Source: Rhodopila sp. (GTDB taxonomy: Bacteria; Pseudomonadota; Alphaproteobacteria; Acetobacterales; Acetobacteraceae). From it: a stretch of 64,000 nt of DNA. Shown one piece after another: positions 20,189-30,908 of the stretch. Under the pieces are notes generated by a model. The model was given only the letters and a program-made list of their open reading frames with translations, had not been told where the DNA came from and searched no databases. Numbering within the stretch: position 1 is the first letter of the stretch; the number at the start of each line of letters is the position of its first letter. The DNA lies in NCBI RefSeq assembly GCF_035548095.1, contig NZ_DASZUV010000032.1, positions 28,372-92,371 on the forward strand, written 5' to 3'. The position numbers and the translations under genes were made by a program.

Positions 20189-21818
20189 ACCGCGCCAGCC
20201 AGACATCCTCCATCCGCCAGCCGTTGAAGATGCTGTTGACCATGATCGTCATGTTTTTTACCTCGGGCCGCATGCAGGTGCCGCCGCGCAGATAATACAG
20301 CATCGGCCGCACCGCATCATTGGTGAGCCGGCGATCGATCTCCCACGCGATCAGCTTGCGCTTCTCCTGGTCCCGCTCCCGCGATTGTTGCGCGATCAGG
20401 GCGTCCACCTCCTTGTTGCAGTAGTCCATATAGGTGCGCGACCCGCAGGCATAGTTCTCGAAATAGTTCTGATCGGGATCGTCGACGCCGTTGCCGACCT
20501 GACTGAGCGCCAGCTGATAGTCGCGGCGGACCAGCTTCGGTACCCAAAGCGCGGTTTCCACGATCTCCAGCTCCGCGTCGATATAGATTTCCTTCAGCTG
20601 ATCGATCAGCAGCACCGCCGCGTCGCGATAGGTGGGCAGGTTGCGCGATGCCATCTTCACCTTCAGCCGCTTGTCCGGGCCATAGCCATGCGCCTCCATC
20701 ACCGACCGAACCTTGGCGCGGCGATCGGCCAGATCGCCGCCGTAGCCGACCAGCGTCGCCTGCATCGCGGCCGGCATGCCCCACCGGCCTTCCGGCAATG
20801 GCTGCATGGCGGTGCCAACGTCACCCTTGCCCTGGGTCAGCACATCGACGAACGCCTTGCGGTCGATCGCCATGCCGACGGCCCGCCGCACCTCGATATC
20901 GTCAAACGGCGGCACCGGGTTCATCAGCAGGTTCGCCGCCACGTTCATGGGTGAGATGTCGCAGACCGCGTCCGGCATCTGCCGTTGCACATCGCCGACC
21001 AGTGGCACCGTCAGTTCATAGGGGAAGATCATGTCGAACTTGCCGGAGGTGAAGCCCAGGATCGCGGTCGAACGGCTGGTGATGATCGTGTATTCGATGC
21101 CGTCCAGATACGGCAGGCCGGGCTTCCAATAGGTGGGGTTCCGGGTCAGCTTGATGCCCTGGTTCGCCTTATATTCGACGAACTTGAACGGACCGGTGCC
21201 GATCGGCGCCAGCCGCATGTCGCGTGGGGAGACGTGGCACGGATAGATCGGCGTGAAGCCGGACGCGAGCAGTGCCAGCAACGCCGGCTGCGGCTCCTTC
21301 AGCCGGAAGACGACCAGATCGTCCCCCTCGACCCGGACATCCTGGATATTGGCGTACCAGCCCTTTCGAAAATTGAGCTTCAGGTTCTCCTTCGCCTTCC
21401 CCTGCAGCAGGTCCATGGTGCATTTCACGTCCGCCGCGGTGAACGGCTTGCCATCGTGCCAGGTGACACCGTGGCGCACCGTGAAGGTCAGCGTCTTCCC
21501 ATCTTCGCTCCAGGCCCATTTCGTTGCGAGTTCAGGCACGACGTCGTCCAGGCTGTTCTGGCGCTGATGCTGATCGAAGATCACCAGGTTGTTGAACACG
21601 CCCATCATCGGCAAGTTGACCGAGATCGTGCCTTCCTCATGGATCGACATGGAGGCCGGGCTGTCCCGATGGGTGATGCGCAGGATACCGCCGCGTCTCG
21701 GGGCTTCGTCGGCCAGCGCCCCGGTCGAGACGGCTGCAATAAGCAGGATGGCAGCTCCGACGACGGCAGACAGCCGGGTCCAATCCCGCCTGGGCCGGCG
21801 TTTTTTGGTGATTGTCAC
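20187..21818 (-). CDS. ABC transporter substrate-binding protein, family 5 (no permease nearby)
   Basis: Signal peptide, PELATKWAWSEDGKTLTF, WHDGKPFTAADV, GTGPFKF. Confidence 0.92.
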   Translation of the reverse strand: MTITKKRRPRRDWTRLSAVVGAAILLIAAVSTGALADEAPRRGGILRITHRDSPASMSIHEEGTISVNLPMMGVFNNLVIFDQHQRQNSLDDVVPELATKWAWSEDGKTLTFTVRHGVTWHDGKPFTAADVKCTMDLLQGKAKENLKLNFRKGWYANIQDVRVEGDDLVVFRLKEPQPALLALLASGFTPIYPCHVSPRDMRLAPIGTGPFKFVEYKANQGIKLTRNPTYWKPGLPYLDGIEYTIITSRSTAILGFTSGKFDMIFPYELTVPLVGDVQRQMPDAVCDISPMNVAANLLMNPVPPFDDIEVRRAVGMAIDRKAFVDVLTQGKGDVGTAMQPLPEGRWGMPAAMQATLVGYGGDLADRRAKVRSVMEAHGYGPDKRLKVKMASRNLPTYRDAAVLLIDQLKEIYIDAELEIVETALWVPKLVRRDYQLALSQVGNGVDDPDQNYFENYACGSRTYMDYCNKEVDALIAQQSRERDQEKRKLIAWEIDRRLTNDAVRPMLYYLRGGTCMRPEVKNMTIMVNSIFNGWRMEDVWLAR

Positions 21819-21937
21819 GAACGTTTCCTCCCTGTGCCGGATTATTGCCGGCCATCACCGCGGAGCGTGGCACGCCGATCCGGCCGCGATCAACGGTTCG
21901 CTGGCGATGATCCGGCGCCGAACGGGAAAATGAGTGC

Positions 21938-22162
21938 ATGAGCCGCAGCCCCAGCCTGCCCGTCGGACGAGACACGTGGCGCGGCCCGATCGGTCCCGCG
22001 CTGTTGATCATCGAGACGCTGCAGGAAGCCGGCCATGGGCCGCTCTGCTTTCGCATCGGAGGCGGGACGGTCCTGATGTTCCGCTTCGACCACCGCCTCG
22101 GTGGACACCACCTCAGCAATGACCGCGAGGGTTTCACGGCGCCAGGCTGTCGCAATGGTTGA
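21938..22162 (+). pseudogene. Truncated AbiEii/AbiGii-type nucleotidyltransferase toxin fragment
   Basis: FRIGGGTVLMFRFDHRL..HHLSND resembles the GGGTxL..HRxSxD signature; ORF ends after 74 aa. Confidence 0.55.
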
Positions 22163-22186
22163 CGCCGCCTGACGGGCACCCATAGG

Positions 22187-22240
22187 CTGGAGCGCGATCG
22201 CCTGAAGCCGGCGGTGAGAAGACATGAATCGCGCTCTTGC
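22187..22240 (+). repeat. MITE/REP-like element, partial copy
   Basis: CTGGAGCGCGATCGCCTGAAGCCGGCGGTGAGA matches the reverse complement of the right end of 48578..48684. Confidence 0.8.
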
Positions 22241-22336
22241 GATCCTGATATCGTGTCGAAACGCGCGCGACACGGACGCCGGCTGCCAATCCGGAGCTGG
22301 ATAAGGCACTGATCGAGACCAGGTGACCGCAGACCC

Positions 22337-22606
22337 ATGCTGACCAAGCGCAGCGTCACCCTGGCCGGCCACCGGACCAGCATCGCACTGGAACCGGAAT
22401 TCTGGGCCGCACTGACGGATCTCGCCCAGGCCCGGGGACAGACACTGTCCATGCTCGTCGCATCCGTCGATGCCGACAGAACGCCGGACCGGCCGTTGGC
22501 ATCCGCGCTGCGGGTGACGGCTCTGCTGGCCACTCGCCGCCGGCCAGACGACGAACGGACAGACGACGAACGGACAGGTGACGAACGGCCAGGCGACGAA
22601 GCCTGA
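22337..22606 (+). CDS. Ribbon-helix-helix domain protein (RHH_4 type)
   Basis: KRSVTLAGHRTSIALEPEFWAAL; C-terminal 15-bp repeat tail. Confidence 0.88.
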   Translation: MLTKRSVTLAGHRTSIALEPEFWAALTDLAQARGQTLSMLVASVDADRTPDRPLASALRVTALLATRRRPDDERTDDERTGDERPGDEA

Positions 22607-22608
22607 CC

Positions 22609-23436
22609 TCAATTCAGCATCGTCTTCAAGATATCCAGCTGGGCCCGCACGGCATCGGCAGTGGCCCCTTTTGGCACCAGTTCCAGGAACCGGCGATAGC
22701 TGCCGGCGGCGGCGGCCACCCTGTGCAGCTTCTGGTTCAGCAGACCAGCCTGACGCCACAGCTCCGCCTGGTCGGGGGCAATCAGCAGCATATCCTCGGT
22801 GCAGCCCAGCCCGCCCTCGATATCACCGGCCTGCAGGCGCCGGGTCATGATATTGTTCTGCAGCCGCAGCAGGACGCGACGGGTGTTCATCGGCACCAGC
22901 AGGCCGGGCCGCAAGACGGCATCCGGCCCCTCCACCCGACGCAGCAGCGCCCGCAGCTCCTTCGAGCCCAGAACCTGTCCGCCGCCGAACACGTCCAGCA
23001 CGGCCTGCTGCCCGGTCTCCTGCAGCGCGATCAGGAAATGTGCCGGGAAATCGACCCCATGGCACCGCCAGCCAGCACAGCGCGTCGTATGCAGCCACAG
23101 CACGCCCAGGGCGACCGGCAGGCCGCGCCGCCGTTCGATCACCCGGATCAGGTTGGCGTTGGCCAGGTCGTCATAGGTGTCGGTGTCACCACGATAGCCA
23201 TAGCTATCGACCAGCAGGCCAGCCAGCGCCGCCGCCCGTTCATGAACATCAGCGCCGGCGAAGGCTCTGGCCAAGTCGACCGCATCCCTCGCCAGATCCG
23301 ACAGGTGCCGTTCGGCGGCCAGCCAGTCCGCGTCGGGCGCGTCGACGCGGGCAAGTTGTAACGCCGCGGAACCGATGTCGATCTCGACATCGGGCAGTTG
23401 GCCTATCGCCTCCAGCGCGCGCCGCGGGTCGCTCAT
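22609..23436 (-). CDS. SirB1/transglutaminase-like (Transglut_core2) TPR protein
   Basis: GYRGDTDTYDDLANANLIRVIERRRGLPVALG, GVDFPAHF, VLLRLQNNI. Confidence 0.85.
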   Translation of the reverse strand: MSDPRRALEAIGQLPDVEIDIGSAALQLARVDAPDADWLAAERHLSDLARDAVDLARAFAGADVHERAAALAGLLVDSYGYRGDTDTYDDLANANLIRVIERRRGLPVALGVLWLHTTRCAGWRCHGVDFPAHFLIALQETGQQAVLDVFGGGQVLGSKELRALLRRVEGPDAVLRPGLLVPMNTRRVLLRLQNNIMTRRLQAGDIEGGLGCTEDMLLIAPDQAELWRQAGLLNQKLHRVAAAAGSYRRFLELVPKGATADAVRAQLDILKTMLN

Positions 23437-23462
23437 CAGCGCATGCGGGGGCACATGCGCGA

Positions 23463-25467
<2,005 letters not shown>

Positions 25468-25516
25468 ATCCGAGGATGCGTGGATTTAGGGGCGGGTGTC
25501 AAATGGGATGCGGGGA

Positions 25517-25590
25517 TGGAGCGGGTGACGGGAATCGAACCCGCACAGCCAGCTTGGAAGGCTGGGACTCTACCATTGAGCTACACCCGC
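25517..25590 (-). tRNA. tRNA-Gly (TCC)
   Basis: GCGGGTGTAGCTCAATGGTAGAG..CCAGCCTTCCAAGCTGG..GGTTCGATTCCCGTCACCCGCTCCA; 74 nt, encoded CCA. Confidence 0.97.
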
Positions 25591-25908
25591 GTCGGAGCCG
25601 GACCCTAATCGCGGCTGCCTCGGGATGCAATCGGTTGTCTGTCCGAAGCCTGAGCCTGTGGTCGTCACGGAGGTCGCGGCTGGAATTTGTCGATCAATGA
25701 ATGATTCCGAAAACGCGCGCGCAGCGCGGATGGGATGGGGCCGTTGTAGGAGACCGCGATATCCTGTGGATAACCCTGAACCGGCCGGATTTCCCGGCGA
25801 GTCGGCGGTCGGGATGTCCCTGTTGATGACAGGTCCCACATACGAATGTCGTCCCGAGACAGGTGGGCATCCAGGGCCTTTTGGCCGCATAACCCAGGTT
25901 ATCCCCAT

Positions 25909-25956
25909 CATTCCCAACCCGTCCGGCATTCCCAACCCATCCGGCATTCCCAACCC
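25909..25956. repeat. 18-bp tandem repeat (about 2.7 units)
   Basis: CATTCCCAACCC(G/A)TCCGG repeated. Confidence 0.85.
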
Positions 25957-25969
25957 GGTCGGGCGACGC

Positions 25970-26740
25970 CTACATCCGTCCGGCGTCCACCACCCAGAGC
26001 TGGCTGGTGCACATCCGGCTGTCATCGGCCGCCAGCCACAGCACCATCCGCGCAAGATCGGCCGCCACCAGCTTGGTCTTCAGGCACTGCATGCGCAGCA
26101 GGTTCTCCTCGGCCTCCGGCGTCAGCCACAGATCGATCTGCCGCTGCGTCATCACCCAGCCGGGGATGACGCAGTTGACCCGGATGTTGAACGGCCCGAG
26201 GTCGCGGGCCATGCCCTTGGTCAATCCCTCCACGCCGGCCTTGGCGGTGGTGTAGGCGGGCATGCCGCCGGCGCTGGCGTGCCAGGAGATCGAGCCGAAA
26301 TTGATGATGGAACCGCCGCCGGCCGCCTTCATCATTGGCGCCACGGCCTGGATGGCGAAGAACTGGTGGCGCAGGTTGGTCGCCATCCGCTCATCCCAGT
26401 ACTCGACGGTGACGTCTTCCCAGTCGTGGCGCTGGTCGTTGGCGGCATTGTTCACCAGCACGGTGATGGCGCCCAGGCGGCGACCGATCTCCTCGATCGC
26501 GGCGCGCAAGGCGGTGACATCGCGCAGGTCGCAGGGCAGGAACAGCGGTGGCGGCAGCCCCATCTCGTGCAGGTTGCCGATCAGCGCGCCGGCGGCTTCG
26601 GTGGCGATATCCAGGAACGCGACCCTGGCGCCTTGACGCGCGAACTGCGTCACTTCCTCGGCGCCGATGCCGCTGGCACCGCCGGTCACCAGCACGACCT
26701 TGTCGCGCAGACTGGGGTAGGAGGCGAAGACCTGGGGCAT
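25970..26740 (-). CDS. SDR oxidoreductase, xylose/aldose 1-dehydrogenase-like
   Basis: YPSLRDKVVLVTGGASGIG, LVNNAANDQRH, YTTAKA, PGWVMTQRQ. Confidence 0.85.
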   Translation of the reverse strand: MPQVFASYPSLRDKVVLVTGGASGIGAEEVTQFARQGARVAFLDIATEAAGALIGNLHEMGLPPPLFLPCDLRDVTALRAAIEEIGRRLGAITVLVNNAANDQRHDWEDVTVEYWDERMATNLRHQFFAIQAVAPMMKAAGGGSIINFGSISWHASAGGMPAYTTAKAGVEGLTKGMARDLGPFNIRVNCVIPGWVMTQRQIDLWLTPEAEENLLRMQCLKTKLVAADLARMVLWLAADDSRMCTSQLWVVDAGRM

Positions 26741-26792
26741 GTTGCGTTTCCTTCGCGTTGATGATGATCGCCCTGCGATGAGGATGGTTCCG

Positions 26793-27404
26793 TCAAGACA
26801 ATGATGGGCCAAGCCGCCGGCGCACGCCGTCCAGGGCCCTGGCAATGACCTCGTCTCGTGACCCGTCGATATCGATGACGAGCGGGTGTTCGTCCGGCCC
26901 CGGTTCCTCCAGCGTGGCGAACTGGCTGTCCAGCAGCGCGGCGGGCATGAAATGGCCATGCCGGGTGCGCATGCGATCGGCGATGAGCGGCTGGGATCCG
27001 CGTGGAAAGACCAGGATGCTGTCCGCACGGCCGTCCAGCAGCACCGACCGGTAGGCCCGTTTCAATGCGGAGCAGGCGACGACCGCGGATTGTCCCTGGT
27101 CCTTCAGCGTATCCAGCCGGTCGGCGATGGCCTGCAGCCAGGGCCACCGGTCCTCATCCGTCAGCGGCGTTCCGGCGCGCATCTTCGCCACGTTGGCCGG
27201 CGGGTGGAAATCGTCGCCTTCCAGAAATGGCCAGCCCAGATGTTGGGCCAGCGCGGCCGCGATGGTCGTCTTGCCGCTGCCGGACACGCCCATGACCAGG
27301 ATCGTGCAATGCGGGCGGGCGGTACCGGACTCTCCGCCGGACGAGCCCGCTTCGCCACGACCGGGTATCGGAATGTCGCCGCGTATCGGAATGCCGCCGC
27401 TCAT
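26793..27404 (-). CDS. gntK: Gluconokinase
   Basis: MGVSGSGKTT, EGDDFHPPANVAKM, PLTDEDRWPWL, HFMPAALLDSQFATLE. Confidence 0.93.
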   Translation of the reverse strand: MSGGIPIRGDIPIPGRGEAGSSGGESGTARPHCTILVMGVSGSGKTTIAAALAQHLGWPFLEGDDFHPPANVAKMRAGTPLTDEDRWPWLQAIADRLDTLKDQGQSAVVACSALKRAYRSVLLDGRADSILVFPRGSQPLIADRMRTRHGHFMPAALLDSQFATLEEPGPDEHPLVIDIDGSRDEVIARALDGVRRRLGPSLS

Positions 27405-27410
27405 GAGCGA

Positions 27411-28394
27411 TCAGGTCTTCGGCGGTTCGACATGGCCGCCGAAGCCGAAGCGCATCGCCGACAGCACCTTTTCGGCAAAGGTATGGTCCTGGCGGGAGCG
27501 GAAGCGGACGAACAGCGACGCGGCCAGGACATCGGCCGGCACGGCTTCCTCGATCGCCGCTTCCACCGTCCAGCGGCCCTCGCCGGAATCCTCGACGGTG
27601 CCGGAAAAGGATTCCAGGTGCTCATCCTTGGCCATGGCCTGCGCCGTCAGGTCCAGCAGCCAGGAGGTGACCACGGAACCGCGGCGCCAGACTTCGGCGA
27701 TGTCACCCAGGTTCATGTCAAACCGTTCCGCCTCCGGCAGTTTCGCGGATGCCCGGTTGCGCAGGATGTCGAACCCTTCGGCCATCGCCTGCATCATGCC
27801 GTATTCGATGCCATTGTGGATCATCTTGACGAAATGGCCGGCGCCCACCGGGCCGGCATGGATATAGCCTTGTTCCGCCCGCGGATCGCGGCCCTCCCGA
27901 TGCGGCGTGCGCTCGATCGTGCCGATGCCGGGGGCCAGCGCGGCGAAGATCGGGTCCAGGTGACGCACGGCATCGGCATCGCCGCCGATCATCAGGCAAT
28001 AGCCGCGCTGCAACCCCCAGACACCGCCCGAGGTGCCGACATCGAGATAGCGCAGCCCCTTTTCAGCCAGCGTCTTTCCGCGGCGGACATCATCCTTGTA
28101 GTAGGTATTGCCACCATCGATGATGATGTCGCCAGGGGCCAGCAGACCGGCCAGGGCGGCGATGGTATCCTCGGTGATCTTGCCGTGCGGCAGCATGACC
28201 CAGACGGCGCGCGGTGAACCGGACAGTTTCGCGACCAGATCGGTCAGGTCGGACGCGGTGGTGGCGCCGTCATGGCCCAGCGCCCGGACCGTATCGGCAT
28301 TGGCGTCCCACACCACGGTGGCATGGCCCGCCCGCATCAGGCGGCGGGAAATATTCGCGCCCATCCGGCCGAGGCCGACCACGCCGATCTGCAT
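27411..28394 (-). CDS. gnd: 6-phosphogluconate dehydrogenase (short type)
   Basis: [49 protein letters not shown]. Confidence 0.96.
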   Translation of the reverse strand: MQIGVVGLGRMGANISRRLMRAGHATVVWDANADTVRALGHDGATTASDLTDLVAKLSGSPRAVWVMLPHGKITEDTIAALAGLLAPGDIIIDGGNTYYKDDVRRGKTLAEKGLRYLDVGTSGGVWGLQRGYCLMIGGDADAVRHLDPIFAALAPGIGTIERTPHREGRDPRAEQGYIHAGPVGAGHFVKMIHNGIEYGMMQAMAEGFDILRNRASAKLPEAERFDMNLGDIAEVWRRGSVVTSWLLDLTAQAMAKDEHLESFSGTVEDSGEGRWTVEAAIEEAVPADVLAASLFVRFRSRQDHTFAEKVLSAMRFGFGGHVEPPKT

Positions 28395-28529
28395 CCGTTT
28401 CTCTCCCTATGAGGTTCCGGACAGCGTGGCACAGCTTCGGGGCGGCGGAAACGGGGGCGCGTCGGTCATGCCACGCGGCTGACCTTGCGCGACCTCATGC
28501 CGATCTCCGGGGAAGCGGCGGTGTTATCC

Positions 28530-29327
28530 CTATCCCGCGCCCATCATCGCCGTTTCCGCCGCCGCCTGGCCGCGACGGGCCTGTTCCAGGCTCAGGCGTG
28601 CCATGTTCACCACCCGCTCCTGCGCCTTGATCTGCTGCGCGGCCTGGCTGTGCGGCGGCGGGGCGCCCTTGTGGTGCGCCTTCATCAAATGCAGCAGACG
28701 GGTGGCGGACCGGAATTTCGCCTCCGCCTCGGCCACCGGGTCCGCTTCCGCGGCCGGCCCGTCGCCCGGTGCCGTCGCGGCGGCGTCTGGTGCCGCGGTG
28801 GCTGCTTCCGTCTCGGTCTCGGTTGCTCCGGCGACCTCGCCAGTGGCCGGCATCGAAGGGCCGGCAGCCGCCGGGCCGAGCCGCTCGGCCTTCGGCAACA
28901 CCATCCCGTCCGCGGCGGCTTCCTGCGAGGCCGACATGCCCGCCACCGTTTCCGCCGGCCCCGTGGCCGACCCGTCGGCGCGCTGCTCGGCACGCCGCAG
29001 CGCCTGCCGGCGTTCCAGCATGGTTTCCGCCTTCTCCGCGATCTTGGCGGTGCTGCATGCCAGGCGAATCGCCGTTTCCGCCTGGCGCGGCGATGCCATC
29101 TGTGCGGCGGACTCGCCCAGCAGGCCCAGGCTTTTCAGATAATGGCCCACCACCTGCGCGGCCAGGTTCAACTCATGCACGTCGGCGGGCTGGTACCCCG
29201 CCAGCAGGGCGCGCACTCCGGCCTCCGCCGCCACCCTGTCTCCGCCGGCGGCGGGCAGGATCAGCGGCAGCAGGAAGGCGATGGTGATATCGACGACGAT
29301 GGTGGGCAGATGCGACAGTGATGACAT
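28530..29327 (-). CDS. Hypothetical protein (helical N-terminus, Ala/Pro-rich middle)
   Basis: Clean ORF with an adjacent promoter and LexA box; no recognised domain. Confidence 0.65.
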   Translation of the reverse strand: MSSLSHLPTIVVDITIAFLLPLILPAAGGDRVAAEAGVRALLAGYQPADVHELNLAAQVVGHYLKSLGLLGESAAQMASPRQAETAIRLACSTAKIAEKAETMLERRQALRRAEQRADGSATGPAETVAGMSASQEAAADGMVLPKAERLGPAAAGPSMPATGEVAGATETETEAATAAPDAAATAPGDGPAAEADPVAEAEAKFRSATRLLHLMKAHHKGAPPPHSQAAQQIKAQERVVNMARLSLEQARRGQAAAETAMMGAG

Positions 29328-29342
29328 GGCGGGATGACCGTT

Positions 29343-29357
29343 GTTCTCTTAATGTTC
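29343..29357 (-). promoter_or_regulatory. LexA (SOS) box, alphaproteobacterial type
   Basis: GTTC-TCTTAAT-GTTC, i.e. GAAC-N7-GAAC on the minus strand, 15 bp upstream of the ATG. Confidence 0.75.
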
Positions 29358-29363
29358 TATGCA

Positions 29364-29392
29364 ACCATAAGTCGCATCCGGTCCCGGTTCAA
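29364..29392 (-). promoter_or_regulatory. Sigma70-type promoter
   Basis: Minus strand TTGAAC-N17-TATGGT, directly upstream of the LexA box. Confidence 0.6.
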
Positions 29393-29529
29393 GAAAAATT
29401 TCCGCAGCGGCCGCGTGCCTTCGCCCCTCACCCGCCAGGGCCATTGTGCATGCCATTGTGCATGCCGGCGCTTCTATCGCACCGCTGCATGCTCTAGCCT
29501 GCCGCCGTCATAGAAAAGAGGTGCGAGCG

Positions 29530-30891
29530 ATGAACGATCTTTCGCTGACCGGCGATGCGCTGGTGTCGACCGACCACCGGTTCATGATCCACCCGCTGCA
29601 TCATCCGCAGGACCACGCCGCGCCAAAAATTTTCGTCTCGGCCAAGGGTGCGATGTTGCGCACCGCCGACGGCAAGGACTTCATCGATGGGCTGTCGGCG
29701 CTGTGGAACGTGAATATCGGCCATGGCCGCAAGGAGCTGGCGGCCGCGGCGGCGAAGCAGATGGAGACGCTGGACTACGCCTCCGCCTATGCCGGCTACA
29801 CCAACGAGCCGGCGGTGCGGCTGGCGGAACGGATCGTCGGCCTGGCCTATTCCAACAGCGCGGCGGTCTATTTCACCACCAGCGGCGCCGAATCGAACGA
29901 GAGCGCGTTCAAGTTCGCCCGCTATCACTGGAAGCGCCTGGGCAAGCCGGGGAAAGTGAAGATCATCTCCCGCCGCTACGGCTATCACGGGGTCACCATG
30001 GGGGCGATGAGCGCCACCAGCCTGCCGAACTACCACAAGATGTTCGGCCCGATGATCCCCGAGTTCAAGCAGGTGGCGCCGCCCTATCCGTACCGCTGGC
30101 CGGGCAACGGCGATGCCGGCATCGGCGCGGCCGATGCGGTGGAGGCGTTGATCCAGGCCGAGGGGCCGGACACCATCGCCGCCATCATCGCCGAACCGGT
30201 GATGGGATCGGGCGGCGTGATCGTGCCCCCAGCCACCTATTTCCCCCGCCTGCGCCAGATCTGCGACCGCCACGACGTACTGCTGATCGCCGACGAGGTC
30301 ATTACCGGCTTCGGCCGCACCGGCCAGTGGTTCGGCATGGGCCATTGGGGCGTCGAGCCCGACCTGTTCAGCTTCGCCAAGGGTGTCACCTCGGGCTACT
30401 TGCCGCTGGGCGGCGTGGTCATCTCCAGGAAGCTGCACGACGTGATCCAATCGGCCCCGGCGGATGAGAAGTTCATGCACGCGGCAACCTATTCCGGCCA
30501 TCCGGTCTGCTGCGCGGTCGGCCTGGCGAATATCGACATCATGGACAAGGAAGGCCTGGTGGAGCGCGCCCGGGTCGAGGGTGACCGCTTCCGCGCCGGG
30601 TTGGAGACGCTGGCGAGCCTGTCCTGCGTGGGTGAAGTGCGCGGCATCGGCATGCTGGCCGCGCTGGAGCTGGTCGAGGACAAGGGCAGCAAGAAGCCGG
30701 CGAAGGGTCTCGGCGCCAAGGTGGTGGCACAGGCGGCGGAGCGCGGGCTGATCCTGCGTGTCCGAGCGGCGGCGGACGGGCCGCCCGCCAGCGGCGATGT
30801 GCTGTGCCTGGCGCCGCCGCTGTCGACACCGGCCGCGACGCTGGACCGCATCGTGCAGATCGTCGGAGAGTCGATCCAGGCCGTGCTGTAA
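29530..30891 (+). CDS. Class III PLP aminotransferase (putrescine/beta-alanine:pyruvate-like)
   Basis: DGLSALWNVNIGHG, SGAESNE, YHGVT, IADEVITGFGRTG, FAKGVTSGYLPLG. Confidence 0.93.
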   Translation: MNDLSLTGDALVSTDHRFMIHPLHHPQDHAAPKIFVSAKGAMLRTADGKDFIDGLSALWNVNIGHGRKELAAAAAKQMETLDYASAYAGYTNEPAVRLAERIVGLAYSNSAAVYFTTSGAESNESAFKFARYHWKRLGKPGKVKIISRRYGYHGVTMGAMSATSLPNYHKMFGPMIPEFKQVAPPYPYRWPGNGDAGIGAADAVEALIQAEGPDTIAAIIAEPVMGSGGVIVPPATYFPRLRQICDRHDVLLIADEVITGFGRTGQWFGMGHWGVEPDLFSFAKGVTSGYLPLGGVVISRKLHDVIQSAPADEKFMHAATYSGHPVCCAVGLANIDIMDKEGLVERARVEGDRFRAGLETLASLSCVGEVRGIGMLAALELVEDKGSKKPAKGLGAKVVAQAAERGLILRVRAAADGPPASGDVLCLAPPLSTPAATLDRIVQIVGESIQAVL

Positions 30892-30908
30892 CCCCGGAGG
30901 TGAGGCCG

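Noticed and set aside
25517-25590. tRNA-Gly as an island integration site
   Set aside because: No integrase, no duplicated 3' tRNA end seen, and the flanks are core metabolic genes.
25591-25969. Replication origin
   Set aside because: Only two DnaA-like boxes, no AT-rich unwinding region and no origin-associated genes nearby.
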